A DNA stretch of 64,000 bases, taken from Chthoniobacterales bacterium. GTDB taxonomy: Bacteria > Verrucomicrobiota > Verrucomicrobiia > Chthoniobacterales > Chthoniobacteraceae. The translations under genes were made by a program, and so were the position numbers. The DNA is taken from assembly GCA_038207335.1 (NCBI GenBank), contig JBBQZX010000004.1:170064-234063 (forward strand). The letters run 5' to 3'. A model generated the notes under the pieces. It saw only the letters and a list, made by a program, of their open reading frames with translations, had not been told where the DNA came from and made no database searches. Of this stretch, positions 9,513-17,690 are shown piece after piece. How positions within the stretch are numbered: the stretch's first letter is position 1; every line of letters starts with the position of its first letter.

Positions 9513-10295
9513 TTATTCCTCGTATAGCAGGGCGCGAATGGCCGTATCGGTGAGCGGACGCCAAGTCATGGGCGTGGGGGATGCGCGCTCGAGGATGGCG
9601 GCTTCGAGCGTGGCGGACGCGAGTTGCTCTTCGCGATGGCGGGCGAGTTCGGTGTGAGTCGGGAGGTCTTCGCGCGAGTCGTCGGTGAGCGTGAGGTGGC
9701 CGATGAGCCAGGCGTGCAGGGCGACTCCGATGGCGTGTTTCAGCGTCGTGTCTTCCAGCTTTTGCTCGCGCAAATATCGCTCCATGAGCGACGTCGAAAG
9801 CGCCGTACCTGAGACGACGCCGAACTGCTCGAACTCACGCGCGAACGGTCCGCCATTCGTGTGGATCGAGCCGTCGTATTCGAGGCGGAGGAAAAGATTC
9901 GGCGCGTCGCCGCGGCCGACTTCGGCGAAGAGGAGACGCGTGAGATACGGCGGCCCATAGATCTGCTCGAACGCGGCCTTAAGCGCGGGGCTGAGGGAGT
10001 AATTCGCGAGGCGACGCAGCGAGACATCGTGGGGCGAGCGCGCGAAGCCCTCGGTGCTCGTGAGTTCGATCGAGGACATGCGCAGCCGTTCGAGATCGCC
10101 CGGATGCCCGATGCCGCCCATCGCGATACGATCGTAGATTTCAAACAGCTTCTGCCGCTCGCGCCCGAGTGTGAAAAGCAGCACGCCGTCGCGATACGTG
10201 ACCGCCGCGATGGGACTGCCGCCCGCGAGCTGATGCTCGATGTATTCGCGGCGATTCGCGATCGCCTCGACCCAGCGATATGGCTCCTCGGTCAC
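9513..10295 (-). CDS. prcA: 20S proteasome alpha subunit
   Basis: Ntn-hydrolase non-catalytic subunit (GGSPIAAV..KLFEIYDRIAMGGIG..DLERLR), overlapping prcB by 4 nt. Confidence 0.88.
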   Translation of the reverse strand: MTEEPYRWVEAIANRREYIEHQLAGGSPIAAVTYRDGVLLFTLGRERQKLFEIYDRIAMGGIGHPGDLERLRMSSIELTSTEGFARSPHDVSLRRLANYSLSPALKAAFEQIYGPPYLTRLLFAEVGRGDAPNLFLRLEYDGSIHTNGGPFAREFEQFGVVSGTALSTSLMERYLREQKLEDTTLKHAIGVALHAWLIGHLTLTDDSREDLPTHTELARHREEQLASATLEAAILERASPTPMTWRPLTDTAIRALLYEE

Positions 10296-11095
10296 GAGAC
10301 TTTCTCCTTGAACATCCGCGCGAGCTGCTTCTCCGACAAAGTTGCGATGCCGCGGCGCGTCACCGTTTTCACGATCGGATACACGCGTCCGCGCCGATCG
10401 ACGCCGCCGGTGGCGGTGTCAGTCTCCGCCGCGGTGTCGAGCGTGCGTAGCGCGAGCAGCACGGCTTCGGGCTCCTTCATTTTGCGCAGCGGTTTTTTCC
10501 CCCACGTATTTTCGTAGTGGAGAATGCTGCGCACCGAGCCGGAGCCGGAGCCGCTCGCGGCGTAATCGGCGGCCTCGAATTGCGCGCCCATCGCGTCGTA
10601 AAAATAAAGACGCGCCGCATCGGCATCCGTGTCGAAAGTCGCGAACAGGGGCACCACGACGCCGACGCCTTGCATCACAAATCCGAGATTGTCGCGGAGC
10701 AGCTTCGAAAGCGCGCGCACCTTTCCCTCGTGGCTCATTTCCTGGAGCTGGCTGCGGCGGTAAAATTGAAACGAATGCTCGAGCACACGCGCCATTTCCC
10801 AAGCAGTCGCCGGCACGCCCGCGATGGCCATGAGCGAGTGGCTGTCGATTTCGAGCACTTTGTCCGCGCGATCATACACGACGAGATTTCCCGCCGTCGC
10901 GCGCCGGTCGCCCGCGACGAGAACGCCGTCGGCAAATTTAAACGCCAAAATCGTGGTCGCCTGCGTTTGCTCAGGCGCGGGAGTATGGGCTGCAAAACCT
11001 GTGGCAGCGGGGCTCGGCGGGTAGAGGCCGTGCCGCCGGAGCATCCCAGCGAAGTCTTCCGACGCGGCGGCTCCAGCCACGGGCGAGGCGTCCAT
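10292..11095 (-). CDS. prcB: 20S proteasome beta subunit with about 46-aa propeptide
   Basis: TTILAFKFADGVLVAGDRRATAGN with N-terminal nucleophile Thr, DKV (Lys33 equivalent), ASGSGS, DTATGG. Confidence 0.92.
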   Translation of the reverse strand: MDASPVAGAAASEDFAGMLRRHGLYPPSPAATGFAAHTPAPEQTQATTILAFKFADGVLVAGDRRATAGNLVVYDRADKVLEIDSHSLMAIAGVPATAWEMARVLEHSFQFYRRSQLQEMSHEGKVRALSKLLRDNLGFVMQGVGVVVPLFATFDTDADAARLYFYDAMGAQFEAADYAASGSGSGSVRSILHYENTWGKKPLRKMKEPEAVLLALRTLDTAAETDTATGGVDRRGRVYPIVKTVTRRGIATLSEKQLARMFKEKVS

Positions 11096-11271
11096 TACTG
11101 TCCCGTCCGCTGGCGGTATCGCTGCGATTGATTCGGGTCCACACGGCGCATTCGCTGGAGCAAATCTTTCGTGTCAGGCTTTGAAACGTCGGGGCTTTTC
11201 GGCCCGTCGCCTTCGCCCTTCTTCGGCTCCCAAGGCGCGGGCCCAGTCGGTCGTTGCGTCCGTTCAGGCAT
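11095..11271 (-). CDS. ubact: UBact, prokaryotic ubiquitin-like modifier (58 aa; missed by the ORF track)
   Basis: MPERTQRPTGPAPWEPKKGEGDGPKSPDVSKPDTKDLLQRMRRVDPNQSQRYRQRTGQ*. C-terminal R[TS]G[EQ] signature, disordered composition, TAATG stop/start overlap with prcB. Confidence 0.9.
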   Translation of the reverse strand: MPERTQRPTGPAPWEPKKGEGDGPKSPDVSKPDTKDLLQRMRRVDPNQSQRYRQRTGQ

Positions 11272-11389
11272 GGCTGGAACTTTATGAACCGCGACTCAAA
11301 ACGCAAGGCCCGCCCGCGCCGACGCCGCGGCGCGATATGTAGATAATCGTGCGGCTGCACTTGCCAGTTTCCCCAGAAAATGAGAACCA

Positions 11390-11836
11390 ATGAACATGAG
11401 GCGATTGATCCCGATTTTACTACTCCTCTCTCTGCTCCCGCTCGTGCGCGGCGCGGACGAGGCGGAATCCGTCGAGCTCCGCGAAATCCGCGAACTGCTC
11501 GTCCAGCAAGCCAAAAAGATCGAAACGCTCGCGGGACAGGTCGCGAAATTGACTCAAACGATCGAAGCTCAAAAAGAAACCGCCGCGGCACAAGCCCCCG
11601 CCGCAGCCGAGCCCGCTCCGGAAGCGCCGGTGCCGCGCGCCGAGGCCGTGGAGCCCGCCCCGCGACATGTGGTGGAGAAAGGCGAGACATTGACCTCCAT
11701 CGCAAAGCACTACAACATCACTATTTCCGAGCTGCAGAACTTGAATAAAATCACCGACGGGCGGAAATTGCAGATCGGACAGTCTCTCATCATCCCCGCG
11801 CCAAAAGCGCCTGAACCCCCCGCCGATAAAAAGTAA
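11390..11836 (+). CDS. Secreted LysM peptidoglycan-binding protein
   Basis: Signal peptide, coiled coil, C-terminal HVVEKGETLTSIAKHYNITISELQNLN..LQIGQSLIIP. Confidence 0.9.
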   Translation: MNMRRLIPILLLLSLLPLVRGADEAESVELREIRELLVQQAKKIETLAGQVAKLTQTIEAQKETAAAQAPAAAEPAPEAPVPRAEAVEPAPRHVVEKGETLTSIAKHYNITISELQNLNKITDGRKLQIGQSLIIPAPKAPEPPADKK

Positions 11837-11846
11837 TTTTCTGAAC

Positions 11847-12365
11847 ATGGACGAGTCGCAACGCTGGTATCTTTTGAAACATGACGACGGGTCGCTTTTC
11901 GGTCCCATCGGCTTCGAGCAGTTGAAACAATGGGCGGTCGAGGCGCAGATTTCGCCGTTGGATAAGGTCTCCAACGACGAGAAAAACTGGGTGAAATCGC
12001 CGATGATCCCCGACCTCGAAATGGACTATTTGGTCGAGGTGAGCCCCGATCAATTTTACGGACCGACGACCATCGGGGCGGTGCGCGAGTTTCTGCAGAT
12101 GGGCGAAATCGGAAGCGAAACGCGCATCACGAATTGTCGCGACGGTAGCGAGCGGCTCGTGAATGAAATCCCGGAACTCGCCACGCAGGCGACTGAGGAA
12201 GAGCAGCCAATCCGTACAAGCAGCATCCGGCGCAATTTGCAACAGCGCATTCGCGAACTCGAAGAGGCGTTGCTCGACGAGCGCCGCGGACGCGAATCCG
12301 CGGAATCAATGGTGGACAAGCTCGAGGCGAAACTCGCGAGCGTGAGCCGCGCCGCTTCGCTGTAA
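11847..12365 (+). CDS. Tandem GYF_2-like domain protein with C-terminal coiled coil
   Basis: Two repeats (WYLLKHDDGSLFGPIGFEQLKQWA and YLVEVSPDQFYGPTTIGAVREFL) followed by a heptad tail. Confidence 0.6.
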   Translation: MDESQRWYLLKHDDGSLFGPIGFEQLKQWAVEAQISPLDKVSNDEKNWVKSPMIPDLEMDYLVEVSPDQFYGPTTIGAVREFLQMGEIGSETRITNCRDGSERLVNEIPELATQATEEEQPIRTSSIRRNLQQRIRELEEALLDERRGRESAESMVDKLEAKLASVSRAASL

Positions 12366-12386
12366 ACGGTCGCAATCTTTTCAGAC

Positions 12387-12423
12387 AGCCCGCCATTTCG
12401 CGAGGAATGGCGGGCTTTTTCTT
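12387..12423 (+). terminator. Rho-independent terminator
   Basis: AGCCCGCCATT-TCGCGAGG-AATGGCGGGCT followed by a T-run, between convergent genes. Confidence 0.85.
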
Positions 12424-12498
12424 GCTTGTCGGATTCTGATTTCCGCTGGGCGAGATCGGCGCGCGTTTTGGAGGCGCGACGACTCCCAATCGATGGAG

Positions 12499-13140
12499 TT
12501 ATTTCGCCGGGGCTGCGGGCGGCGGCTCCGGCGCGGGCGTGGAGGGCTCGGGAGTTGCCGGTTTTGGCTCGGCAGCAGGTGCAGGAGCCGCAGCAGGCTC
12601 GGCGACAGGCGGCTTTGGCTCGACCGGCGCGGCGTTTGCGGGCTTTTCCAGCGCAGGTGCAGACGGTGCCGGATCTTCAGGTTTCGGCTGGCTCGCAGGC
12701 GCCGGTGCAGCGGGCATTTTCTCGGGCGCGACAGGCGCGGGGTTTTCCGCTGGAGCAGCGGGCTGAACGGGCGGCGTTGTAGCCTCGGGTGTCGTCGGAA
12801 TCGCAGCGGGCACCGGAACCACTGGTGCAGGCGTCGCGGGAGCTGGCGGGATGACCGTCGGCGCGGTGAGCTTTTGGTGAATCGCGCTCTGGATACGCGT
12901 CTGTTTCACGTAGAGGCTCGAGAGCAAAAGCGTGAGGACGAAGAAAATCCCGGCGAGCCAGCGGGTGATCGTCTGGAGCACATTCGTCGTCTGCGCGCCG
13001 AACAAATTGTCCGTCATCCCGCCGCCGAATGCCGCGCCGAGACCTTCATTTTTCGGGCGCTGCATGAGCACCAGCAGGACGATGAGCAGCGAGACTAAAA
13101 TGTGAATCGCGAGCAAAAAATTGATAACAATCGGCAACAT
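12499..13140 (-). CDS. secG: Preprotein translocase subunit SecG with long Pro/Ala-rich C-terminal extension
   Basis: LLVLMQRPKNEGLGAAFGGG..LFG..TNVLQTITRWLA two-TM SecG core, then about 120 aa of low-complexity tail. Confidence 0.92.
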   Translation of the reverse strand: MLPIVINFLLAIHILVSLLIVLLVLMQRPKNEGLGAAFGGGMTDNLFGAQTTNVLQTITRWLAGIFFVLTLLLSSLYVKQTRIQSAIHQKLTAPTVIPPAPATPAPVVPVPAAIPTTPEATTPPVQPAAPAENPAPVAPEKMPAAPAPASQPKPEDPAPSAPALEKPANAAPVEPKPPVAEPAAAPAPAAEPKPATPEPSTPAPEPPPAAPAK

Positions 13141-13294
13141 GGGGCGCGGAATATGGGGGAAACACCCCGACCTGTAAAATGAAGTTTGTGCGTTTCAAGC
13201 GGCCCCTCATTCTGCCTGCAACTGCGGCAAATTTTCCGCACCCGCACCACAAAACTAAGACTCACTCTCTTCGTAGATTGACCGCCAGACACCC

Positions 13295-14614
13295 ATGAAA
13301 TCGCCCCTCCCGTTCCTCGCCCTCTCAATTCTCTGCACCCTCGCCGCGCGCGCGGAAAACTGGGCGCAATGGCGCGGTCCCGCCTTTAACGGCTCTTCGC
13401 CCGAAACCAATCTGCCCTCAAGCTGGAGTGCAACGGACGGCGTCAAATGGAGCGCGCCCCTGCCCGGTCCGAGCGGTGCGACGCCCGCAATTTGGGGCGA
13501 TTCGATTTTCGTCTCCAGCACCGATGCAAGCAAAAATCTGCTCCTCCTCTGCCTTGATCGGAAAGACGGGAAGGTGCGTTGGCAAAAGAATATCGTCGAA
13601 GGCGGGAACATCGACAAAGGCCGCGGCAACATGGCATCGCCGTCACCGGTCACCGATGGCAAAACGGTCTTCGCGCTTTACGGCACAAGCCACCTCGCCG
13701 CGTTCGATTTCGACGGGCAGGAGTTGTGGCGGCGCGACCTCGGAGCCGATTACGGGAAGTTCGCCATCATGTGGACCTACGGCTCCAGTCCGCTGCTTTT
13801 CGGAGGAAAACTCTACGTCCAAGTGCTCCAGCGATCACCCGCCCCGGCTGATTATCCCGGCCTCGCCGGTGCCGCAGGCGACAGGGAGAGCTACCTCCTC
13901 GCGCTCGATCCCGCGACCGGAAAAAGCCTCTGGAAGCAAGTCCGTGCCACCGACGCAAAACTCGAATCTTCCGAGAGCTACGCCTCGCCAATTCCACATG
14001 TCGTCCCCGGTGCGAAACCGCAAATCCTGCTCGTCGGCGGCGACTGCCTCACCGGCCACGACGCGGAAACCGGTGCGGAGTTGTGGCGCGGATTCGGGAT
14101 CAACCGCAAGCGCGGCGAATGGATGCGCGTCGTCTCGAGCCCCGTCAGCGCCGCTGGATTTGCCATAGCGTGCGGGCCGAAAAAAGAGCAGCTCCTCGCC
14201 TTTCGCACCGACATGAAAGGCGACATCACAGAAAGCGGAATCGCGTGGGCTTTCGACGAAAAAAAGACGCCGGACGTCTGCACGCCCGCCATCTACGATG
14301 GAAAGCTGCTCGTGCTGGACGGCGACTCGCAGACGCTCACCTGCCTCGATCCGAAGACCGGCGTAAAGAAGTGGCAGGGCAACCTCGGCGACCGCACAGT
14401 CGTCCGCAGTTCGCCGACAGCGGCGGACGGCAAACTCTACGTGATCAACGAAAAAGGGACGGTCTTCGTCTGCGGCATCGGCGATGAATTCAAACTCCTC
14501 GCAACCATCCCAATGGGCGGCGCGGAAGGTACGCGCTCCTCGATCGCCGTTTCCGACGGCGAGCTTTTCATCCGCACCACCGACGCGCTGCACTGCATCG
14601 GAAAATCGAAATAG
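13295..14614 (+). CDS. PQQ-like beta-propeller repeat protein (BamB-like family)
   Basis: Signal peptide, ENWAQWRGP start, repeated LD..TGK..W and SSP motifs. Confidence 0.85.
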   Translation: MKSPLPFLALSILCTLAARAENWAQWRGPAFNGSSPETNLPSSWSATDGVKWSAPLPGPSGATPAIWGDSIFVSSTDASKNLLLLCLDRKDGKVRWQKNIVEGGNIDKGRGNMASPSPVTDGKTVFALYGTSHLAAFDFDGQELWRRDLGADYGKFAIMWTYGSSPLLFGGKLYVQVLQRSPAPADYPGLAGAAGDRESYLLALDPATGKSLWKQVRATDAKLESSESYASPIPHVVPGAKPQILLVGGDCLTGHDAETGAELWRGFGINRKRGEWMRVVSSPVSAAGFAIACGPKKEQLLAFRTDMKGDITESGIAWAFDEKKTPDVCTPAIYDGKLLVLDGDSQTLTCLDPKTGVKKWQGNLGDRTVVRSSPTAADGKLYVINEKGTVFVCGIGDEFKLLATIPMGGAEGTRSSIAVSDGELFIRTTDALHCIGKSK

Positions 14615-14645
14615 CGAAGTCGGGCTCCAGCCGCGCTATCACGCG

Positions 14646-15569
14646 TTACTCCTTTTCGGATTTCTCGTGCGCCGCGTGATTGGTCTCCCAGCGGGCGAGC
14701 GATTCATCGTGAAGATGGCGCCGGCGGGAGAGCTTTGAGATGAGGCCGTAGCGGGGGCTGAAAAAGTAGGCGCAGAGAAAAATGAAACCCAGCACGAGCA
14801 CGATACACGCGCCTGAGGGGAGATTGAGCCAGTAGGAGACGAAGAGGCCGGCTGAGGAGCCCAGCATTCCGACGAGCGCGCCGCCCCAAAACATGGCGGC
14901 AAAGGAGTCGGAGAAAAGGTAGATGGAGGCCGCAGGCGCAATGAGCATCCCCAGCGCGAGGATGACCCCCACGGCTTGCAGCGAGGAGATCATGGAAAGG
15001 ACGAGCAGGCCGATGAGCAGGTAGTTCAGGAGCCGAGTGCGAACACCCTGGCTTGCGGCGACCGAGGGCTCGAACATCATCAAAAGCAACGGGCGCTGGA
15101 AGGCGACGAGCAGCGGCAGGACGATGAGGCTGATGAAGTAGATGATCCATAGGTCTGCATCGGCGAGACCCAGGATATTTCCGAAGAGGTAATGGGTGAC
15201 ATTGACCTGCGACGGGGAGTAGTTCAGCAGCACGAGACCCAGCGAGAAGGAGCACGCAAAGAGCAGGCCGAGCGAGGTGTCTTCCTTGATCCGCGAGCTA
15301 CCGGAGATGATCTGCACACCCGCGGCGACTAGCAGAGCGGCGACCAGCGCACCGGCGAAAAGGGTTCCCGGCGTGAGGCCGAAAAGGATGAGTGCCACGG
15401 CAACTCCTGGGAGGAGCGAGTGGGCGATGGCATCGGCCATGAGCGCCAGTCGGCGCAGGACGATGAAGGCGCTGAGCGCGCCATTCACAAAGCCGATGAG
15501 CGCGCATCCGAAGAGCGCGCGCAGCATGAATTCGTGCTGGAAAGGTTCAAGCAGCCACGCCGTGGTCAT
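14646..15569 (-). CDS. Zn/Mn ABC transporter permease
   Basis: LRRLALMADAIAHSLLPG, YLFGNILG, VGVILALGMLIAPA motifs. Confidence 0.92.
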   Translation of the reverse strand: MTTAWLLEPFQHEFMLRALFGCALIGFVNGALSAFIVLRRLALMADAIAHSLLPGVAVALILFGLTPGTLFAGALVAALLVAAGVQIISGSSRIKEDTSLGLLFACSFSLGLVLLNYSPSQVNVTHYLFGNILGLADADLWIIYFISLIVLPLLVAFQRPLLLMMFEPSVAASQGVRTRLLNYLLIGLLVLSMISSLQAVGVILALGMLIAPAASIYLFSDSFAAMFWGGALVGMLGSSAGLFVSYWLNLPSGACIVLVLGFIFLCAYFFSPRYGLISKLSRRRHLHDESLARWETNHAAHEKSEKE

Positions 15570-16299
15570 GAGTGCCTCCTGAGAAGATGTGAGTGTGAAA
15601 GGTCTTCGTGATGTTCGTCTCGTGGAAGACCTCCGTGGTGTCTCCGAAGGCGATGAGTTCGCCGTTGAGGAAGATGACTTGGTCGAAAAGTTCGGGGACG
15701 GACTTGAGGTCGTGGTGGGAGCCGATCACGAGGTTTCCAGCATCCGCGAGTTTATGGATGGTCTGTCCGAGCAGCTCTTGCGCGGGCTTGTCGAGGCCGG
15801 TGAAAGGTTCATCGAGCAGGAAGACGTGGGCGTTTTGGGCGAGTGCGCGTGCGATGAATGCGCGCTGCTGCTGACCACCCGAAAGCGCGCTGATTTGGCG
15901 GTCCGCGAGGTCTTCGAGTTCCATGAGGTGCATGGCTTCATCGACTGCTTCGGCGTCTTTCTTTGCAAAGGTGCGCCACCAGCCGAGCCGGACGTAGCGG
16001 CCCATCTCGACGAGGCCGCGGACGGTCGTGGGAAAATCCCAGTCGATCATGCTGCGCTGTGGGAGGTAGGCGATGTCGCCGTTCTTCGCGGCGTTGCCGT
16101 GGCCTCCGAATTCGATGGAGCCTGTTTCCAGCGGCACGAGACCTACAAGCGCCTTGAGCAGGGAAGTCTTGCCCGCGCCGTTCGGTCCGAGCAGGGCGAT
16201 GCGGTGGCCGCAGTGGAGTTCGAGGTTCAGATGGTGAACCGCAGGCACGCGCTTGTAGCTCACGGTCAGATCGCGGATGTCGAGTTGGTGCGAAGACAC
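15547..16299 (-). CDS. Zn/Mn ABC transporter ATP-binding protein
   Basis: GPNGAGKT, LSGGQQQR, LLDEPFTGLD. Confidence 0.93.
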   Translation of the reverse strand: MSSHQLDIRDLTVSYKRVPAVHHLNLELHCGHRIALLGPNGAGKTSLLKALVGLVPLETGSIEFGGHGNAAKNGDIAYLPQRSMIDWDFPTTVRGLVEMGRYVRLGWWRTFAKKDAEAVDEAMHLMELEDLADRQISALSGGQQQRAFIARALAQNAHVFLLDEPFTGLDKPAQELLGQTIHKLADAGNLVIGSHHDLKSVPELFDQVIFLNGELIAFGDTTEVFHETNITKTFHTHIFSGGTHDHGVAA

Positions 16300-16308
16300 G
16301 GCGCTAGT

Positions 16309-16725
16309 TCAGTTGAAGGTCAGCACGTCGCTCACGCTGCCTTTTCCCCACAGCGTTTGCGTTTTGGTCTCGATGCCGTCGGGAGTGACATCGAGTTTGA
16401 CCGCCGCGGGATCGGGGAAGTCCCATGTGACATCGACAAGAAGGTCGATTCCCTCTTTCGGGAAGATCAGCGCCAGTTCGGTCTGCGCTTCAAAATCGTT
16501 TGAGTTCCCTTGCCACACGATCTTACCGAGATGACTGACCTCGTAGTGAAACGGCACCTTTGTCGAACTTATCGTGAGGTGGACTGCGGCAGGCGCTTCG
16601 GATGTTACTTTAGCTGCCTGTCCGAGCTGCGAAACCCGATGCGTGGTAAGGCTGCACAGCGGCACGATGAGCGCGAGCATCGCGACGAAGACTAGGATGA
16701 GCCGAATGAGTGGCGATCCTTTCAC
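16309..16725 (-). CDS. Membrane-anchored hypothetical protein inside the metal ABC operon
   Basis: N-terminal TM segment and beta-rich body; 3-nt and 9-nt gaps to neighbours. Confidence 0.7.
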   Translation of the reverse strand: MKGSPLIRLILVFVAMLALIVPLCSLTTHRVSQLGQAAKVTSEAPAAVHLTISSTKVPFHYEVSHLGKIVWQGNSNDFEAQTELALIFPKEGIDLLVDVTWDFPDPAAVKLDVTPDGIETKTQTLWGKGSVSDVLTFN

Positions 16726-16728
16726 GGG

Positions 16729-17601
16729 TTACTTCAGTGCGTCCACGATGGTGGAGACGTTGTGCTTCATCATCCCGGAGTAAGTTCCCGTCTCCCCGGT
16801 GCCGAGCCCGTCGGCGTAGAGCGTACCGCCGATCTTTGCGCCTGTCTCGCGGGTGATCTCGGTGACGACTTTTGGGTTCAGGGTGCTTTCGAGAAAGATC
16901 GCTTTGACTCCTTGCGCTTTTACTTCGTCGATGAGCTTTGCCACCGCGCGGTTCGACGGTTCCGTCTCGGTGTTCACGCCTTCGATCGCGAGGATGGTAA
17001 AGCCGTAGTCGTGGGCAAAGTATTGCAAGGCGTCGTGCGAGGTCACCAGCTTGCGCTTGTCGCGAGGCAGCTCGGCGACCTTTCGCTTTGCCCAGCTCTG
17101 CAAGTCATCCAGTCCTTTGGAATACTTTGCGGCGTTTGTGGTGAAGGTGTCCTTGTCCGCGGGGTCGACCTCGATGAGTTCGTCGCGGACGATCGCCGTG
17201 GCTTTCTTCACATTCTCCACGCTATGCCACCAGTGCGGGTCTTCGCTTGCTGCGCCGTCGATTCCTTTTGTTTTCAAAGATGGGATCTTGTCTCCGACCT
17301 TCACCAGCTTCGCGTGCCCGCCGGTGGCTTCCTGCAGCTTGTCGATGTAGCTGCCGAGATGTTTGCCTGAGGTGAAGATCAACTCCGAGGCACCGACTTC
17401 TTTCAGGTCGGCAGGCGTAGGCTGATACTCATGCGGGTCGGTGTCCGGCTTCACGAGACCCGCGACTTTCACATGGCTCCCACCGACCTCCTGCGCGATC
17501 TCCGTAAGGATCGTGGAAAAGCACGAGACCTTTACCGGGTCGGCGGCGGACGCGGAAAGCGCGGCGACCAGGATGGCGATGGCGAAGGCCGCAAATTTCA
17601 T
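16729..17601 (-). CDS. Zn/Mn ABC transporter substrate-binding protein (TroA/ZnuA family)
   Basis: Start at MKFAAFAIAILV (signal peptide). DPHEY, DPHWWHS, SHDA and ADG metal ligands. Confidence 0.92.
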   Translation of the reverse strand: MKFAAFAIAILVAALSASAADPVKVSCFSTILTEIAQEVGGSHVKVAGLVKPDTDPHEYQPTPADLKEVGASELIFTSGKHLGSYIDKLQEATGGHAKLVKVGDKIPSLKTKGIDGAASEDPHWWHSVENVKKATAIVRDELIEVDPADKDTFTTNAAKYSKGLDDLQSWAKRKVAELPRDKRKLVTSHDALQYFAHDYGFTILAIEGVNTETEPSNRAVAKLIDEVKAQGVKAIFLESTLNPKVVTEITRETGAKIGGTLYADGLGTGETGTYSGMMKHNVSTIVDALK

Positions 17602-17667
17602 GGCGGCGGAGCGTAGGAAGGCAGTCGGCGGGTTGCAACTACTCGCGCTTTTTCTGCAAACGACCCG

Positions 17668-17690
17668 CCGGGATCGGCGATCCCGGCTAT
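17668..17690 (-). repeat. REP-like palindrome (TAGCCGGGATCGCCGATCCCGG), copy 1
   Basis: Same sequence as 25931-25952; its TAG is the stop codon of the PEP-CTERM gene. Confidence 0.6.

Noticed and set aside
9513..11095. HslV or Anbu protease instead of 20S proteasome
   Set aside because: Separate alpha and propeptide-bearing beta genes plus an adjacent UBact indicate a true 20S core particle.
12420..12498. tRNA downstream of secG (common arrangement)
   Set aside because: No cloverleaf or T-loop GTTCRA motif seen; no tRNA or rRNA recognised anywhere in the window.
17633..17648. Possible Zur/Fur box (TTGCAACTACTCGCGC) upstream of the metal-binding protein
   Set aside because: Position is plausible but the palindrome is too weak to call without a lineage-specific matrix.
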